From positions 6,386 to 70,385 of the forward strand of contig DATJMP010000123.1 of NCBI GenBank assembly GCA_035508655.1: a stretch of DNA of 64,000 nt, in the 5' to 3' direction. Every line of letters starts with the position of its first letter. The first letter of the stretch is position 1. A program made the position numbers and the translations under genes. The stretch is from Bryobacteraceae bacterium. GTDB lineage: Bacteria > Acidobacteriota > Terriglobia > Bryobacterales > Bryobacteraceae. Under the pieces are notes generated by a model. That model saw only the letters and a program-made list of their open reading frames with translations, was not told the origin of the DNA and searched no databases. Positions 1 to 8,789 of this stretch are shown piece by piece.

Positions 1-494
1 ACGGCGCGAGCGATGCGGTCGGGATCCGGCAAAAAGTTCTCGTCGGTCTCCACTTCCACCACCCGGCCGCCGTGGTTTTCGATGTAGAAGCGGTACTCGG
101 GGAAGTACGGGCGCAGAACGATCACTTCATCGCCGGGGTCCAGCACCGCCTTGAGCACTGTGTTGAGCGCTCCCGCCGCCCCGTTACTCATGATGATGTC
201 TTCAGCCGTATAGGCGATGCCCGTTCGTGCTCGCAGCCGCTCGGCGATGCGCGCCCGCACTTCCGGAAATCCCGCGTTCGGCATATACCCGTGGCTGTGC
301 GGCCGGCGTTCCCCTGCCACGCGCTTCAGTGCATCGAGCACGGCCTCGGGTGGCTCCACGTCCGGATTCCCCAGAGAAAAATCGAAAACGTTCTCCGCGC
401 CCCGCTGCCTGCGGAGCTCGATTCCGATTTCGAACATGCGCCGGATCCACGACGCATGTTCCATCTGCCCCGCAATCGCCCGTGAAATTGCCAT
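1..494 (-). CDS. PLP-dependent aminotransferase class I/II (N-terminal part; 3' end runs off the left edge)
   Basis: Minus-strand frame is open from ATG (494-492) to base 1; absent from the track because it is truncated. My translation MAISRAIAGQMEHASWIRRMFEIGIELRRQRGAENVFDFSLGNPDVEPP...YMPNAGFPEVRARIAERL...MSNGAAGALNTVLKAVLDPGDEVIVLRPYFPEYRFY follows the AspC/AlaT-like N-terminal layout. Confidence 0.85.
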   Translation of the reverse strand, partial: MAISRAIAGQMEHASWIRRMFEIGIELRRQRGAENVFDFSLGNPDVEPPEAVLDALKRVAGERRPHSHGYMPNAGFPEVRARIAERLRARTGIAYTAEDIIMSNGAAGALNTVLKAVLDPGDEVIVLRPYFPEYRFYIENHGGRVVEVETDENFLPDPDRIARA

Positions 495-534
495 CGACAG
501 GCCGATTGTAGCGCCCGGCGCACCGCCGCCCAAC

Positions 535-561
535 AAAAAAGCCGGCGCGAAGCGCGCCGGC
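535..561 (-). terminator. Rho-independent terminator downstream of the 645..1163 gene
   Basis: Perfect 9-bp GC stem gccggcgcg (541-549) / cgcgccggc (553-561) with a 3-nt loop. A6 on the plus strand (535-540) gives U6 right after the stem on the minus-strand transcript. Confidence 0.6.
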
Positions 562-612
562 CTTCAAACCTGAATGGGATACATCAACGCCGGGCAGGGT
601 CCCGCAGAGTAA

Positions 613-644
613 CCCCCCGCTCCCCGACCCCTGATCCCTGACCC
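613..644 (-). repeat. G-tract heptad-like repeat directly after a stop codon (G-rich on the transcribed minus strand)
   Basis: Minus strand reads TAG-GGGTCAG-GGATCAG-GGGTCGG-GGAGCGG-GGGG. There are five or more G3+ runs, so G-quadruplex potential. Related tracts at 34298-34333, 54063-54093, 54202-54233 and 58808-58847. Confidence 0.6.
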
Positions 645-1163
645 CTATTTATTCAGTCCCCGCACGTAAATCGCCCGGTATCCATTCACCGAGGCTTCGG
701 TGCCGTTCACCTGGACGATGTGTCCCATGTGCTCGGCCGCCATCGCGCGCGCATCCACGCCGCCGTCGCGCCTCGGATCGTGCTCTTCCGGCATGACCAT
801 GTACAGGGTACCCTCCCGCGTCAGCAGCCCGATCGGCTGCCCGTTCTGCACGCACTTCTGGCCGCAAGAGCGGTGCGCTTCGCCGTGCTTGCCAAGCTGG
901 ATATAACAGGAAAAATCGACAATCTCGCCCGTGACCGACATCGGCCGCCCGGCCTCCGGCTGATGGTTCACGCCCGCCGCCACCGTAGTCGCCGTCCACG
1001 CCTCGGCCGGCTTTTCTCCGATCACCGCCGCCGGCTGTTCATACGTGCCGGTGGCGACCTTCATCTCCGGATGCAGAATCTTGCCCGCCTGTGCCGCCAG
1101 CGTAAGCGCGGCCAGACCCGCCACTGAAAACAGAATCAACTTGCGCTTCACAGTCGCCTCCAT
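645..1163 (-). CDS. Exported hypothetical protein (172 aa)
   Basis: C-terminal part of track ORF 645..2012. Start chosen at MEATVKRKLILFSVAGLAALTLAAQA (signal-peptide-like). The upstream part of that ORF is Arg/Gly-rich and overlaps the ygfZ-like gene. No family recognised; Cys motif CYIQLGKHGEAHRSCGQKC. Confidence 0.7.
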   Translation of the reverse strand: MEATVKRKLILFSVAGLAALTLAAQAGKILHPEMKVATGTYEQPAAVIGEKPAEAWTATTVAAGVNHQPEAGRPMSVTGEIVDFSCYIQLGKHGEAHRSCGQKCVQNGQPIGLLTREGTLYMVMPEEHDPRRDGGVDARAMAAEHMGHIVQVNGTEASVNGYRAIYVRGLNK

Positions 1164-1207
1164 TTCCCTGCCAGCATACCACGCACCGGCTTCTTTTCCA
1201 GGCCGCC

Positions 1208-2050
1208 TTAAACCCGGGTGTATGCCAGCGCCACCACCTTGCCCAGTTCCGGGGAAAAGACGGCCGAGGTCACGTCCACCTCCCGCTCGCCGATCATCTG
1301 CTTGCCCGGCAGGGGCAATTCCGTGCCTTCGATTTCCAGCCTCACCAGGTGGCGGTTCACGTGCCCGCGCGCGCGGATGCGCTCCACAATCTCCTGCCCG
1401 ATATAGCAGCCTTTGGTGAAACTCACTGCCTGCATCTGTTCGGTTTCCTGCGGCAGCGAGGTTTCGAGAATATCCACGCCGTACCGAGGCCGGCCGTTTT
1501 CGATGCGCACCATGCGCGCCTCTTCCCCCGTGGCTGCGACCGCTCCGGCCGCCTCCACGGCCCGCATGATCTCCGCCTTGTCTTCCGCAGCCGCGTAGAT
1601 CCGGTAGCCCGGCTGTCCGGTCTCGGTGATGGGCGGCATCTTCAGTCCGTGCCAGCATTCCGGCCGCGCCGCCACCGGCGGTTCGATCGCCTCCGACTGC
1701 GGCCCTTCTACACCGATGGCAACGGTGGTCTCGGTAACGTCTTCCAGCTCGATCTGGTCCGCAACCTTGTATCTCAGAATCTGCGCCCGCGCCTTCTCGC
1801 GCGTCTCCGGCTCGGTATCGATCAGGAAATGGTCCGCCCGGCACACGAGGTACAGGTCCGCCACGATCCGTCCCTGCGGCGAAAGCAGAAACGCGTAGCA
1901 ACTGTCTCCAGGCGCCATCTTTTTCACATCGTTGCTGGTCACATTGTGCAGGAAGCGCACCCGGTCCCGCCCACGCGCGATCATCCTCCCCCGCGCCGAC
2001 AAATCCAGCCACGCCGCTCCATGGCGAAGGGCTTGGTATCCGCTAGTCAT
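1208..2050 (-). CDS. ygfZ: YgfZ/GcvT-like folate-binding protein
   Basis: C-terminal 280 codons of track ORF 1208..2563 starting MTSGYQALRHGAAWLDLS. Contains FTKGCYIGQEIVERI (K-G-C-Y-x-G-Q-E signature of the YgfZ/aminomethyltransferase fold). Confidence 0.8.
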   Translation of the reverse strand: MTSGYQALRHGAAWLDLSARGRMIARGRDRVRFLHNVTSNDVKKMAPGDSCYAFLLSPQGRIVADLYLVCRADHFLIDTEPETREKARAQILRYKVADQIELEDVTETTVAIGVEGPQSEAIEPPVAARPECWHGLKMPPITETGQPGYRIYAAAEDKAEIMRAVEAAGAVAATGEEARMVRIENGRPRYGVDILETSLPQETEQMQAVSFTKGCYIGQEIVERIRARGHVNRHLVRLEIEGTELPLPGKQMIGEREVDVTSAVFSPELGKVVALAYTRV

Positions 2051-2101
2051 GAAGACCAGTCTAGCGCCCGCCTTAGCTACCATTGGTGTAGGTGGCTGGC
2101 T

Positions 2102-2812
2102 GTGAATCGCCGCGACCTCCAGCGCGAAATATATGAACGGCGCGACCGATCCTTGCCGCAGCGGATCGCATTGGCGGCCTTTGCGGGGGCGTGGCTCGCG
2201 CTGGTGTGGTGGCTGTTGTTGGGACCGGGCATCGCAACCACGGCAGGCTGGTTCGGCGTCGGTTGGCGACCGGGTGACCCGGTGCGGCGCGCAGTGCTGG
2301 CCGCGGCGCTTTCCATCTACTACGTCCGCATTCTCTTCACGGAATTCGTTTTTCTGAAGCGCGGTGTGAGCTGGAGCGAGGTCTTTGCTATCGTCCCCTG
2401 GATCCTCTGTATCGATCTCCTGCTGGCCATCGCCGGCGGCACCAACCCCCACGCGATCGGAGCGCCGGGAGGATGTGGGCTCGTCCTGTTCGTGCTCGGA
2501 TCGTGGATCAACTCGTACGGCGAGTACACGCGCCATGTCTGGAAACAGAAGCCGGAGAACCACGGGCGCCTCTATACCGAAGGATTATTCCGTTATTCCC
2601 GGCATCCGAACTACCTCGGCGACCTGCTTGGATTTTCGGGAATGTGCCTGCTTTCCGGCGCCTGGATCACGGCTGTGATTCCGGCGTTGATGGCGGGTGG
2701 GTTCGTTTTTGTGAATATTCCTCTGCTCGACGCCCACCTGCATGGGAAGTACGGCTCTGCCTTCGAACTCTACGCCAGGCGGACACGCAAGCTGATTCCC
2801 TTCGTCTATTGA
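2102..2812 (+). CDS. DUF1295/ICMT-type membrane methyltransferase-like protein
   Basis: In frame with track ORF 1349..2812, whose upstream part lies antisense to ygfZ. First plausible start is GTG 2102 (start uncertain). Hydrophobic helices and the motif LFRYSRHPNYLGDLLGF typical of the DUF1295/ICMT/PEMT superfamily. Confidence 0.7.
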   Translation: MNRRDLQREIYERRDRSLPQRIALAAFAGAWLALVWWLLLGPGIATTAGWFGVGWRPGDPVRRAVLAAALSIYYVRILFTEFVFLKRGVSWSEVFAIVPWILCIDLLLAIAGGTNPHAIGAPGGCGLVLFVLGSWINSYGEYTRHVWKQKPENHGRLYTEGLFRYSRHPNYLGDLLGFSGMCLLSGAWITAVIPALMAGGFVFVNIPLLDAHLHGKYGSAFELYARRTRKLIPFVY

Positions 2813-2829
2813 GACCCCCGGAATGCGGG

Positions 2830-3711
2830 TTACCGCATCAGGGCATAAATCCACCGCTCCTGCTCACGCAGCAGTTGGAGCGCACGCTCGATCGTGATCA
2901 GTTCGAACCGCACCTCCTCCCGCGGCCGCAATTGGCCGAGCCGCGTGAAATCCGCCGAGATTACATTGGCGGGCTTGGGATAGCCGCCGGTGGTCTGATG
3001 CTCGACGAACAGGATGATTGGCTGGCCGTTGGGCGGCACCTGTATGGCGCCGAGCGCCGTGCCTTCGGTTAGCATGCCGCCCGGAGGACTCGGGATGGCC
3101 GGCCCGCGCAGACGCAGTCCCATGCGGTTGGATTCCTCGGTGACCGTGTACGCCGCCGCATACAGTTCGTCGCCGAAACGGTCTGCCTGCGGGCCGGTGG
3201 TCACGCGGATCGGCCCATCGGCCTCCGGCGGCCTCCACGGCCCCGGCCGCGGCTTGCGCACCGCCTCTTTTCCGATTTCCAGCAGGTCCCCGGCCCGAAG
3301 TGGCCGGCCTCCGACTCCCGTGGCCACGTGCATCGAAGCGCTTCCCATGATTTTCCGAGCCTTGAGCCCGCCGCGCAGTGCCACGTATGCCCGCGCCCCC
3401 GCGCGCGTCCGGCCGAAGCTCAGCCTCGTCCCGCCCGCAACTTCGACGGCGGTCCAGATGGGTACGGCCGCGCCAAAATCCGAACCGGTCACCGCGATCA
3501 CGGCCGGGCCTTCGAATTCCAGCTCCGCGCCGGCCAGCGTCATTTCCAGCCCGGGGGCGTTCTCGGCGTTGCCCACCAGCAGGTTGCCCACGCGAAGCGC
3601 CACCACATCCGCCGCGCCCGAGGCCGAAACGCCATGGTGCGCCCATCCGAAGCGGCCCAGGTCCTGCACCGTGGTCAGCAGCCCGGGTGACAGCACGTGA
3701 ATACGGTTCAT
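2830..3711 (-). CDS. pxpC: 5-oxoprolinase subunit C (allophanate hydrolase subunit 2 / KipA family)
   Basis: Track ORF 2830..3810 trimmed to MNRIHVLSPGLLTTVQDLGRFGWAHHGV..., typical of the family. Its ATG overlaps the pxpB stop as ATGA (3708-3711). Confidence 0.85.
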   Translation of the reverse strand: MNRIHVLSPGLLTTVQDLGRFGWAHHGVSASGAADVVALRVGNLLVGNAENAPGLEMTLAGAELEFEGPAVIAVTGSDFGAAVPIWTAVEVAGGTRLSFGRTRAGARAYVALRGGLKARKIMGSASMHVATGVGGRPLRAGDLLEIGKEAVRKPRPGPWRPPEADGPIRVTTGPQADRFGDELYAAAYTVTEESNRMGLRLRGPAIPSPPGGMLTEGTALGAIQVPPNGQPIILFVEHQTTGGYPKPANVISADFTRLGQLRPREEVRFELITIERALQLLREQERWIYALMR

Positions 3712-4394
3712 GCAGGTGGGAACCGAACCCGGTCCCCCATTCTCAGAAGTGGTGGCGGCTCGCCGGCCGGATCGAACAGCGGGAGCGCGGTCCGCCCAAT
3801 CAGGCGCCATCCGCCGGGCGAGGCCAGCGGATAGATCCCGGCCTGCGCACCGCCGATGGCCACGCTGCCCGCCGGCACGTGTTTCCGAGGCGTCGCCAGA
3901 CGCGGCATAGCCAACTCCGGCGCCAGTCCTTCAAGATAAGGAAAGCAGGTGGCAAAGCCTACAAAGTACACCAGATAGTCGGCCGCGGAGAAAATCTTTA
4001 CCACCCGTTCCGCCGCCATCCCGGCGTGCCGCGCCACGTCTTCCAGGTCTGGGCCGGACTCCCCACCGTACTGCACAGGGATTTCGATTGTGCGCGCCGA
4101 TTCGACGGGATTGCCTGCCTCCAGGTCGACGCCCGCCAGCCGCCTACGCACGAGCGCTTCGATTTCTTCGTGCGTGCGGAAGCGCGGATCGAAATCGATC
4201 AGCACGGAAGCAAACGCCGGATGCAGATTCAACACGCCCCGTACGCCCGCCAGCGCCTCCGTGAGCCGCTTTACCCGAACATGATTCTCGACGCCGATTT
4301 CGTCGCCGAAGGAGACCAGAAGCGAGCGATCGCTCGCCGGACGGATACGCGGCGCCGGCGCTGTCTGCGCTTCCGTCCCGGAATCCTCGTCCAT
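3708..4394 (-). CDS. pxpB: 5-oxoprolinase subunit B (allophanate hydrolase subunit 1 / KipI family)
   Basis: 228-aa ORF with ...SLLVSFGDEI...LNLHPAFASVLIDFDP...YLVYFVGFATCFPYL...GGWRLIGRT, the family layout. Coupled 4-nt overlap with pxpC. Confidence 0.85.
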   Translation of the reverse strand: MDEDSGTEAQTAPAPRIRPASDRSLLVSFGDEIGVENHVRVKRLTEALAGVRGVLNLHPAFASVLIDFDPRFRTHEEIEALVRRRLAGVDLEAGNPVESARTIEIPVQYGGESGPDLEDVARHAGMAAERVVKIFSAADYLVYFVGFATCFPYLEGLAPELAMPRLATPRKHVPAGSVAIGGAQAGIYPLASPGGWRLIGRTALPLFDPAGEPPPLLRMGDRVRFPPA

Positions 4395-4483
4395 CCCTGC
4401 ACTCTACACCGAGTCCAGAACCCGTTCAATGGCTTACGTGGAGCTGCTGATGGCAGCCATGCACCCGGGTACCAGGCGCTCGG

Positions 4484-4888
4484 CTACTTGGCGACGTTCG
4501 AGAGCGCAGAAGGTTTAAGTATCTCCCGTACCTTGGCCTGCATCTGCTCAAGCGTGAACGGCTTGGTAAGCAGGGCGTGTCCCTTTTCGACGACGTATTT
4601 CTGCACGACCTGAGTGTTGTCGTAGCCGGAGATGAACAGGACCTTCAGGCCGGGCTGGAGGGCGGTGAGCTGATCGGCAAGCATCGGCCCGCTCATGCCG
4701 GGCGCGACCACGTCGGTAATCAGCAGGTCAATGGCTTCCTTGTGGTGGCGGTACAGCGTCAAGGCGTGTTCGCCGCTGTCGGCCGTCAGCACGGTGTAGC
4801 CGAATTGGCCCACCATCGCGCTGACCAGCTTGCGGATTTCCGGCTCATCGTCGACGACGAGAACCGTCATTTTGCCTTCATCGGACAT
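4484..4888 (-). CDS. Single-domain response regulator (CheY-like receiver)
   Basis: MTVLVVDDEPEIRKL...IDLLITDVVAPGMSG...VLFISGY...LLTKPF shows the acidic pocket, phospho-acceptor Asp and conserved Lys. No output domain. Confidence 0.85.
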   Translation of the reverse strand: MSDEGKMTVLVVDDEPEIRKLVSAMVGQFGYTVLTADSGEHALTLYRHHKEAIDLLITDVVAPGMSGPMLADQLTALQPGLKVLFISGYDNTQVVQKYVVEKGHALLTKPFTLEQMQAKVREILKPSALSNVAK

Positions 4889-4974
4889 GGCACCCTGATT
4901 CTAGCCGCGTGCCGGGATCGTGGCAAGCCCTCCAGGGTGTCCCCCCACACAGCCGCGGCCGGATTTCAGAGTCG

Positions 4975-6237
4975 CTATCTCACGTCGATCCGCACGGGTT
5001 CCAGCCGGGGCGTGAGAAGCTGCACAATGACAAGCGCGGTCAAGTAAGCGGATCCGGCGATCGCGAACAGCACCACGTAGCTCACCCGTCCCGCGAGCAA
5101 CTGCAAGAGCACCCCGCCCGCCGAACCCACCATGCCGCCGAATCCGACGACGCTTCCGATCGCCGCCTTCGGGAACAGGTCCGACGTAAGCGTAAAGAGA
5201 TTGGCCGACCAGCCCTGGTGAGCCGCCGCCGCCAGCCCCACCAAAGCCACCACGGCCCACACGCTGCCCGCATGCGTCACCATCGCCACCGGCGCCACTG
5301 CCAGCGCGCACACCAGCATGGCGGTCTTGCGGGAGAAATTGACGCTCTTCCCCCGCTGGATCATCACCGAGGAGAGCCATCCGCCGCCCACGCTGCCGAT
5401 GCAAGATATGGTGTAAATCGCTACCACCGGTCCGCTGCTCGCACCCAGCGTCAGGCCGAAGGTGCCTTGCAGATAGCGCGGAATCCAAAAAATATAGAAC
5501 CACCACACCGGGTCGGTGAGGAACTTACCGATGGCGAACGCCCATGCCTCTTTCCGGCCTACCACGCCGATCCACGGCAGTCTGCCCACCTTCTCCGGCG
5601 GGTCGCTTTGGATGTGCGCCAACTCCGCCTCGGAAACCCGCGGGTGGCGCTCCGGATTGCCGTACAGCTTCAGCCAGAACAATAGCCACACCACGCCCAG
5701 CGCGCCGGTGGCGAAAAACGCGCCTCGCCAGCCGACCGAAGCGTAGAGCAACGGCACCACCGCCGGCACGGCGATCGCGCCAATCGGCGCACCGGCATTG
5801 AAAATGCCCGCGGCCAGCGCCCGCTCGTTCTTGGGGAACCATTCCGCCACCGTCTTGATGCAAGCCGGAAAATTCGCCGATTCGCCCAAGCCCAGAAAGA
5901 ACATGGCGAGGCCAAAGGTGGCCACCGAATATGCCGCGCCCGGCGTCATCGCCGCCACGCTCCACACGCTGATGGCCACGGCAAAACCGCGGCGGGTTCC
6001 CAGCTTATCCGTCAACCAGCCCGCTGTCACCAGCCCGATAGCATAGGCGACCTGGAACGCCGCTGTCATGTAGCTGTACTGCTGCCGGTTCCAGCCGATG
6101 ATCGCTTCGAGAGTTTTCTCGAGGTAAGCCAGCACCCCGCGGTCGACGTAAGCAATTACCGTGGCGAGCAGCAGAAGCGTGCAGATCGTCCACCGAAAAC
6201 GCGACGATGCGGGCCGCTCGATGGCTGACGGTGCCAT
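4975..6237 (-). CDS. MFS transporter (anion:cation symporter / hexuronate-transporter-like)
   Basis: 420 aa, about 12 hydrophobic helices. N-terminal YVDRGVL and GWLTDKLGTRRG loop motifs are typical of ExuT-like MFS proteins. Confidence 0.85.
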   Translation of the reverse strand: MAPSAIERPASSRFRWTICTLLLLATVIAYVDRGVLAYLEKTLEAIIGWNRQQYSYMTAAFQVAYAIGLVTAGWLTDKLGTRRGFAVAISVWSVAAMTPGAAYSVATFGLAMFFLGLGESANFPACIKTVAEWFPKNERALAAGIFNAGAPIGAIAVPAVVPLLYASVGWRGAFFATGALGVVWLLFWLKLYGNPERHPRVSEAELAHIQSDPPEKVGRLPWIGVVGRKEAWAFAIGKFLTDPVWWFYIFWIPRYLQGTFGLTLGASSGPVVAIYTISCIGSVGGGWLSSVMIQRGKSVNFSRKTAMLVCALAVAPVAMVTHAGSVWAVVALVGLAAAAHQGWSANLFTLTSDLFPKAAIGSVVGFGGMVGSAGGVLLQLLAGRVSYVVLFAIAGSAYLTALVIVQLLTPRLEPVRIDVR

Positions 6238-6249
6238 AGGGAAAGCTGA

Positions 6250-7419
6250 TTATAACCGCGGTGCAGCTCCCGCGGTGACCGGCTCTTTGTGAAGCTCTAT
6301 GGCAATCCGCCGCAGGCCTTCGCGCAAGAATTCCGGTTTTCCACCAATCCAGATCCGCAGATACCCTTCCACACCAAGCTGCGCGCCGGGCACGATGAGC
6401 ACGCTCTGGTTCACGCGCATCCCTTCCGCCAGCTCGCGGCTAGGCCTGTCCGACCCGTAGCGGACCAGGCACAGCGCGCCGGCGCGCGGCTCGCGATAAC
6501 TCAGGAACCCCTCGAGGCTTTCCACCCAGTGCCGCATCGTGCCGGCATTTGCCTGCAGAATGGCCCGCGTGCGTGCGTATAGCTTCTCCCGGTTTTCCGG
6601 CCGAACCGCCACCAGCGCCACGGCGTCCGAAATCTTGTTCGGTCCGATCGTCAGGTAGTCGTGCTGCGCCCAGCATTCCGCTACGAAATCCGGCGGCCCT
6701 ACGATCCACCCGATGCGAACGCCGGGAATGCCGTACGCCTTCGAAAGCCCGCTGGTGACGATCACCCGCTGGCTCATGCCCCAGAAGCTGGGTGTGCGCG
6801 GACCCGAAATCTCCGCTCCTTGATAGACTTCGTCGGCCAGCAGCCACGCGCCGGCCTCTTCGCACCGCGCCACCATGCGCCGCATCGCCTCCTCGGAAAG
6901 CACCGCGCCGGTCGGATTATTGGGATTGGACACGTAAACCAGCCGTGTGCGCGCATTCACCGCGCGCTCAAACTCGTCCCAGTCCGGCTCCCAGTCGCTT
7001 TCCGGCCGCAGCCGGAAGCAGTTCACGCGGGCCCCCAGGCTCTCCGGCACGCCGCGGAGTTGCATATAATTTGGCGTTTCGAAAGCGACTTCGTCGCCCT
7101 CCCGTAGCAGCGCGAGCGCCGTAACGTAATTCGCCTCCGAGGTTCCGTTGGTAACTTCGATATGATCCGGCGTCGCGCCCGGATACTGCGCTGCCAGGTG
7201 TTCGCGTAACGGAATGGTCCCGTTGGATTGGCTGTAGCCGAGGGGCGTGCGCCAGATCGCCTCCAGATCCAGCCCCATCTCCGCCAGTTCCCCGAGCGTC
7301 ACCGGACGCACGCCGCTTTCGCTCAGGTCCATTTCCACCACGTTCTCCCACGTGGACTGCATCCGCTCCATTTCGAAAACCGGTATCTTCAAAGCAAGCT
7401 CCTGCCGGGAACCCCTCAT
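6250..7419 (-). CDS. PLP-dependent aminotransferase class I/II
   Basis: 389 aa; ...VSNPNNPTGAVL...SGLSKAYGIPGVRIGW... (Lys-containing PLP motif). Start may lie a few codons inside. Confidence 0.85.
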   Translation of the reverse strand: MRGSRQELALKIPVFEMERMQSTWENVVEMDLSESGVRPVTLGELAEMGLDLEAIWRTPLGYSQSNGTIPLREHLAAQYPGATPDHIEVTNGTSEANYVTALALLREGDEVAFETPNYMQLRGVPESLGARVNCFRLRPESDWEPDWDEFERAVNARTRLVYVSNPNNPTGAVLSEEAMRRMVARCEEAGAWLLADEVYQGAEISGPRTPSFWGMSQRVIVTSGLSKAYGIPGVRIGWIVGPPDFVAECWAQHDYLTIGPNKISDAVALVAVRPENREKLYARTRAILQANAGTMRHWVESLEGFLSYREPRAGALCLVRYGSDRPSRELAEGMRVNQSVLIVPGAQLGVEGYLRIWIGGKPEFLREGLRRIAIELHKEPVTAGAAPRL

Positions 7420-7420
7420 T

Positions 7421-8698
7421 TTACGGCAGCCGCACCACCGAGAACTCGCTCATCGCCACGCTGTCTCCGCCGGAAGCGCTGGCTTGAAAGTTGATGGTCA
7501 AACCGTTCGCGTATGCATCGGTTGCATTGCCGACGCCCGTCGCGAATCCCAGCACGGTCCCCCACGATTGCACGTCGAGCTGAGCACCACTGGAAAGAAT
7601 GGCTGCATCCGCGCGGCCCGCTATTTGCGCATCGCTCGCCGCGCCCGTCCGGTGCACGATCGCGGTGGCTCCCCAATCCACCTCGAACGTGAAGCCGGCG
7701 GCTGTTCCCTGGTGCGACAGGTCGAAGTGGATCTCTACCCGGTCCCCGGCCTGCAGAATGCCACCCGGAATGGTGCACGCCCCCACGCTCGCAAGCGCGG
7801 AGGAGCTGACCGATGTGCCGTTACCGCTGCACAGCACCTGCGCGACCGGATACGAAGAAGTGGTCCCGGCAGATCCGTCCAAACGGTAGGAGGCCAGGAG
7901 TGTATCGCCCGGCTGTGGCACAGCACCGGCCGCAAACTGCAGGCTCTGGCCGGTCAATGTATAGTCCTGGCCGGCTTTCTGCAGCAGTCCGTTGCGGTAG
8001 AGAGAGAGGCTGGCCGTGGGAGCGGGGGTGGCGGAGAGTGTAAATGTGGCATTGGAGCCGTCCACCACGCCCGCCGGAATGTCGGCATCGGTAAACGAGG
8101 GCGCCTGCGCACCGCACGGGCCCGAAGAGCCGTCTACGTGCAGGCAATCGGTGGGAACTCCGGCAGCCGTCTCCAGCAGGCCGGAACTGTCCACAATCGC
8201 CGCACCCGCCGGCGCATAGCCCGGTCCCTTGACCGGGCGGGAGCCCAGGTCCGCCAGCAATCCGGTCACATCCGATTCCGTCACCGAAGTCGTGCCCGAG
8301 CTCGTATCGCCTGCGGCCGTCGAACTGCCGGCGGAACTCGTCGCCACCCGCACCTGGCTGACCCTCAGCGGCTGCTGGCTAACTGGAACCGACCAGGTTT
8401 CCCGAAACTGCACCCGGCCGTCACTGTTGTACACGACCGAATAAGTCGAAGGCGGAGTGGCCGCCGCCCCCGGCACCAGTTGCACGCGCAGGTTGCCGTC
8501 CAGCACTCGCACCGTCGTGCTCTGCATGACCACCGCTGAGCTATCGGCGCTTTGAAAACTGTGCCAACTGATGGTCAGGGTGCCGTTGAAGCGCGTGCCG
8601 TCGGCTTTGTAAAGGACATCCTGAATGGTAGTGAGCGCTGGCTCCGCGGACACCGCAGAAGCCAGCAAGACTGTCGCGAGAAGAGAACGCGGTAACAT
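7421..8698 (-). CDS. Exported hypothetical protein, Ser/Thr/Gly/Ala-rich, tail-fibre/lectin-like flavour
   Basis: Signal peptide MLPRSLLATVLLASAVSA. No enzyme motifs. Stop lies 1 nt before the aminotransferase start, so probably co-transcribed. Confidence 0.75.
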   Translation of the reverse strand: MLPRSLLATVLLASAVSAEPALTTIQDVLYKADGTRFNGTLTISWHSFQSADSSAVVMQSTTVRVLDGNLRVQLVPGAAATPPSTYSVVYNSDGRVQFRETWSVPVSQQPLRVSQVRVATSSAGSSTAAGDTSSGTTSVTESDVTGLLADLGSRPVKGPGYAPAGAAIVDSSGLLETAAGVPTDCLHVDGSSGPCGAQAPSFTDADIPAGVVDGSNATFTLSATPAPTASLSLYRNGLLQKAGQDYTLTGQSLQFAAGAVPQPGDTLLASYRLDGSAGTTSSYPVAQVLCSGNGTSVSSSALASVGACTIPGGILQAGDRVEIHFDLSHQGTAAGFTFEVDWGATAIVHRTGAASDAQIAGRADAAILSSGAQLDVQSWGTVLGFATGVGNATDAYANGLTINFQASASGGDSVAMSEFSVVRLP

Positions 8699-8789
8699 AG
8701 ACCTCCGCGCACAGTCTAGTCGCCAGGCATCGCCCGGCTAAGTCGGACGGCTTCAGGCCCTCCTGCTCAACCCGCTGATACACCGTGGC

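Noticed and set aside
645-2012. 455-aa ORF spanning the small exported-protein gene and running antisense through the ygfZ-like gene
   Set aside because: Only the last 172 codons look like a protein (signal peptide, balanced composition). The rest is Arg/Gly/Ala/Asp-rich and overlaps a gene with clear homology on another frame, which is a typical high-GC artefact.
7421-8698. Prophage remnant
   Set aside because: No integrase, capsid, tail-tube or other phage genes are adjacent. A single fibre-like protein is insufficient.
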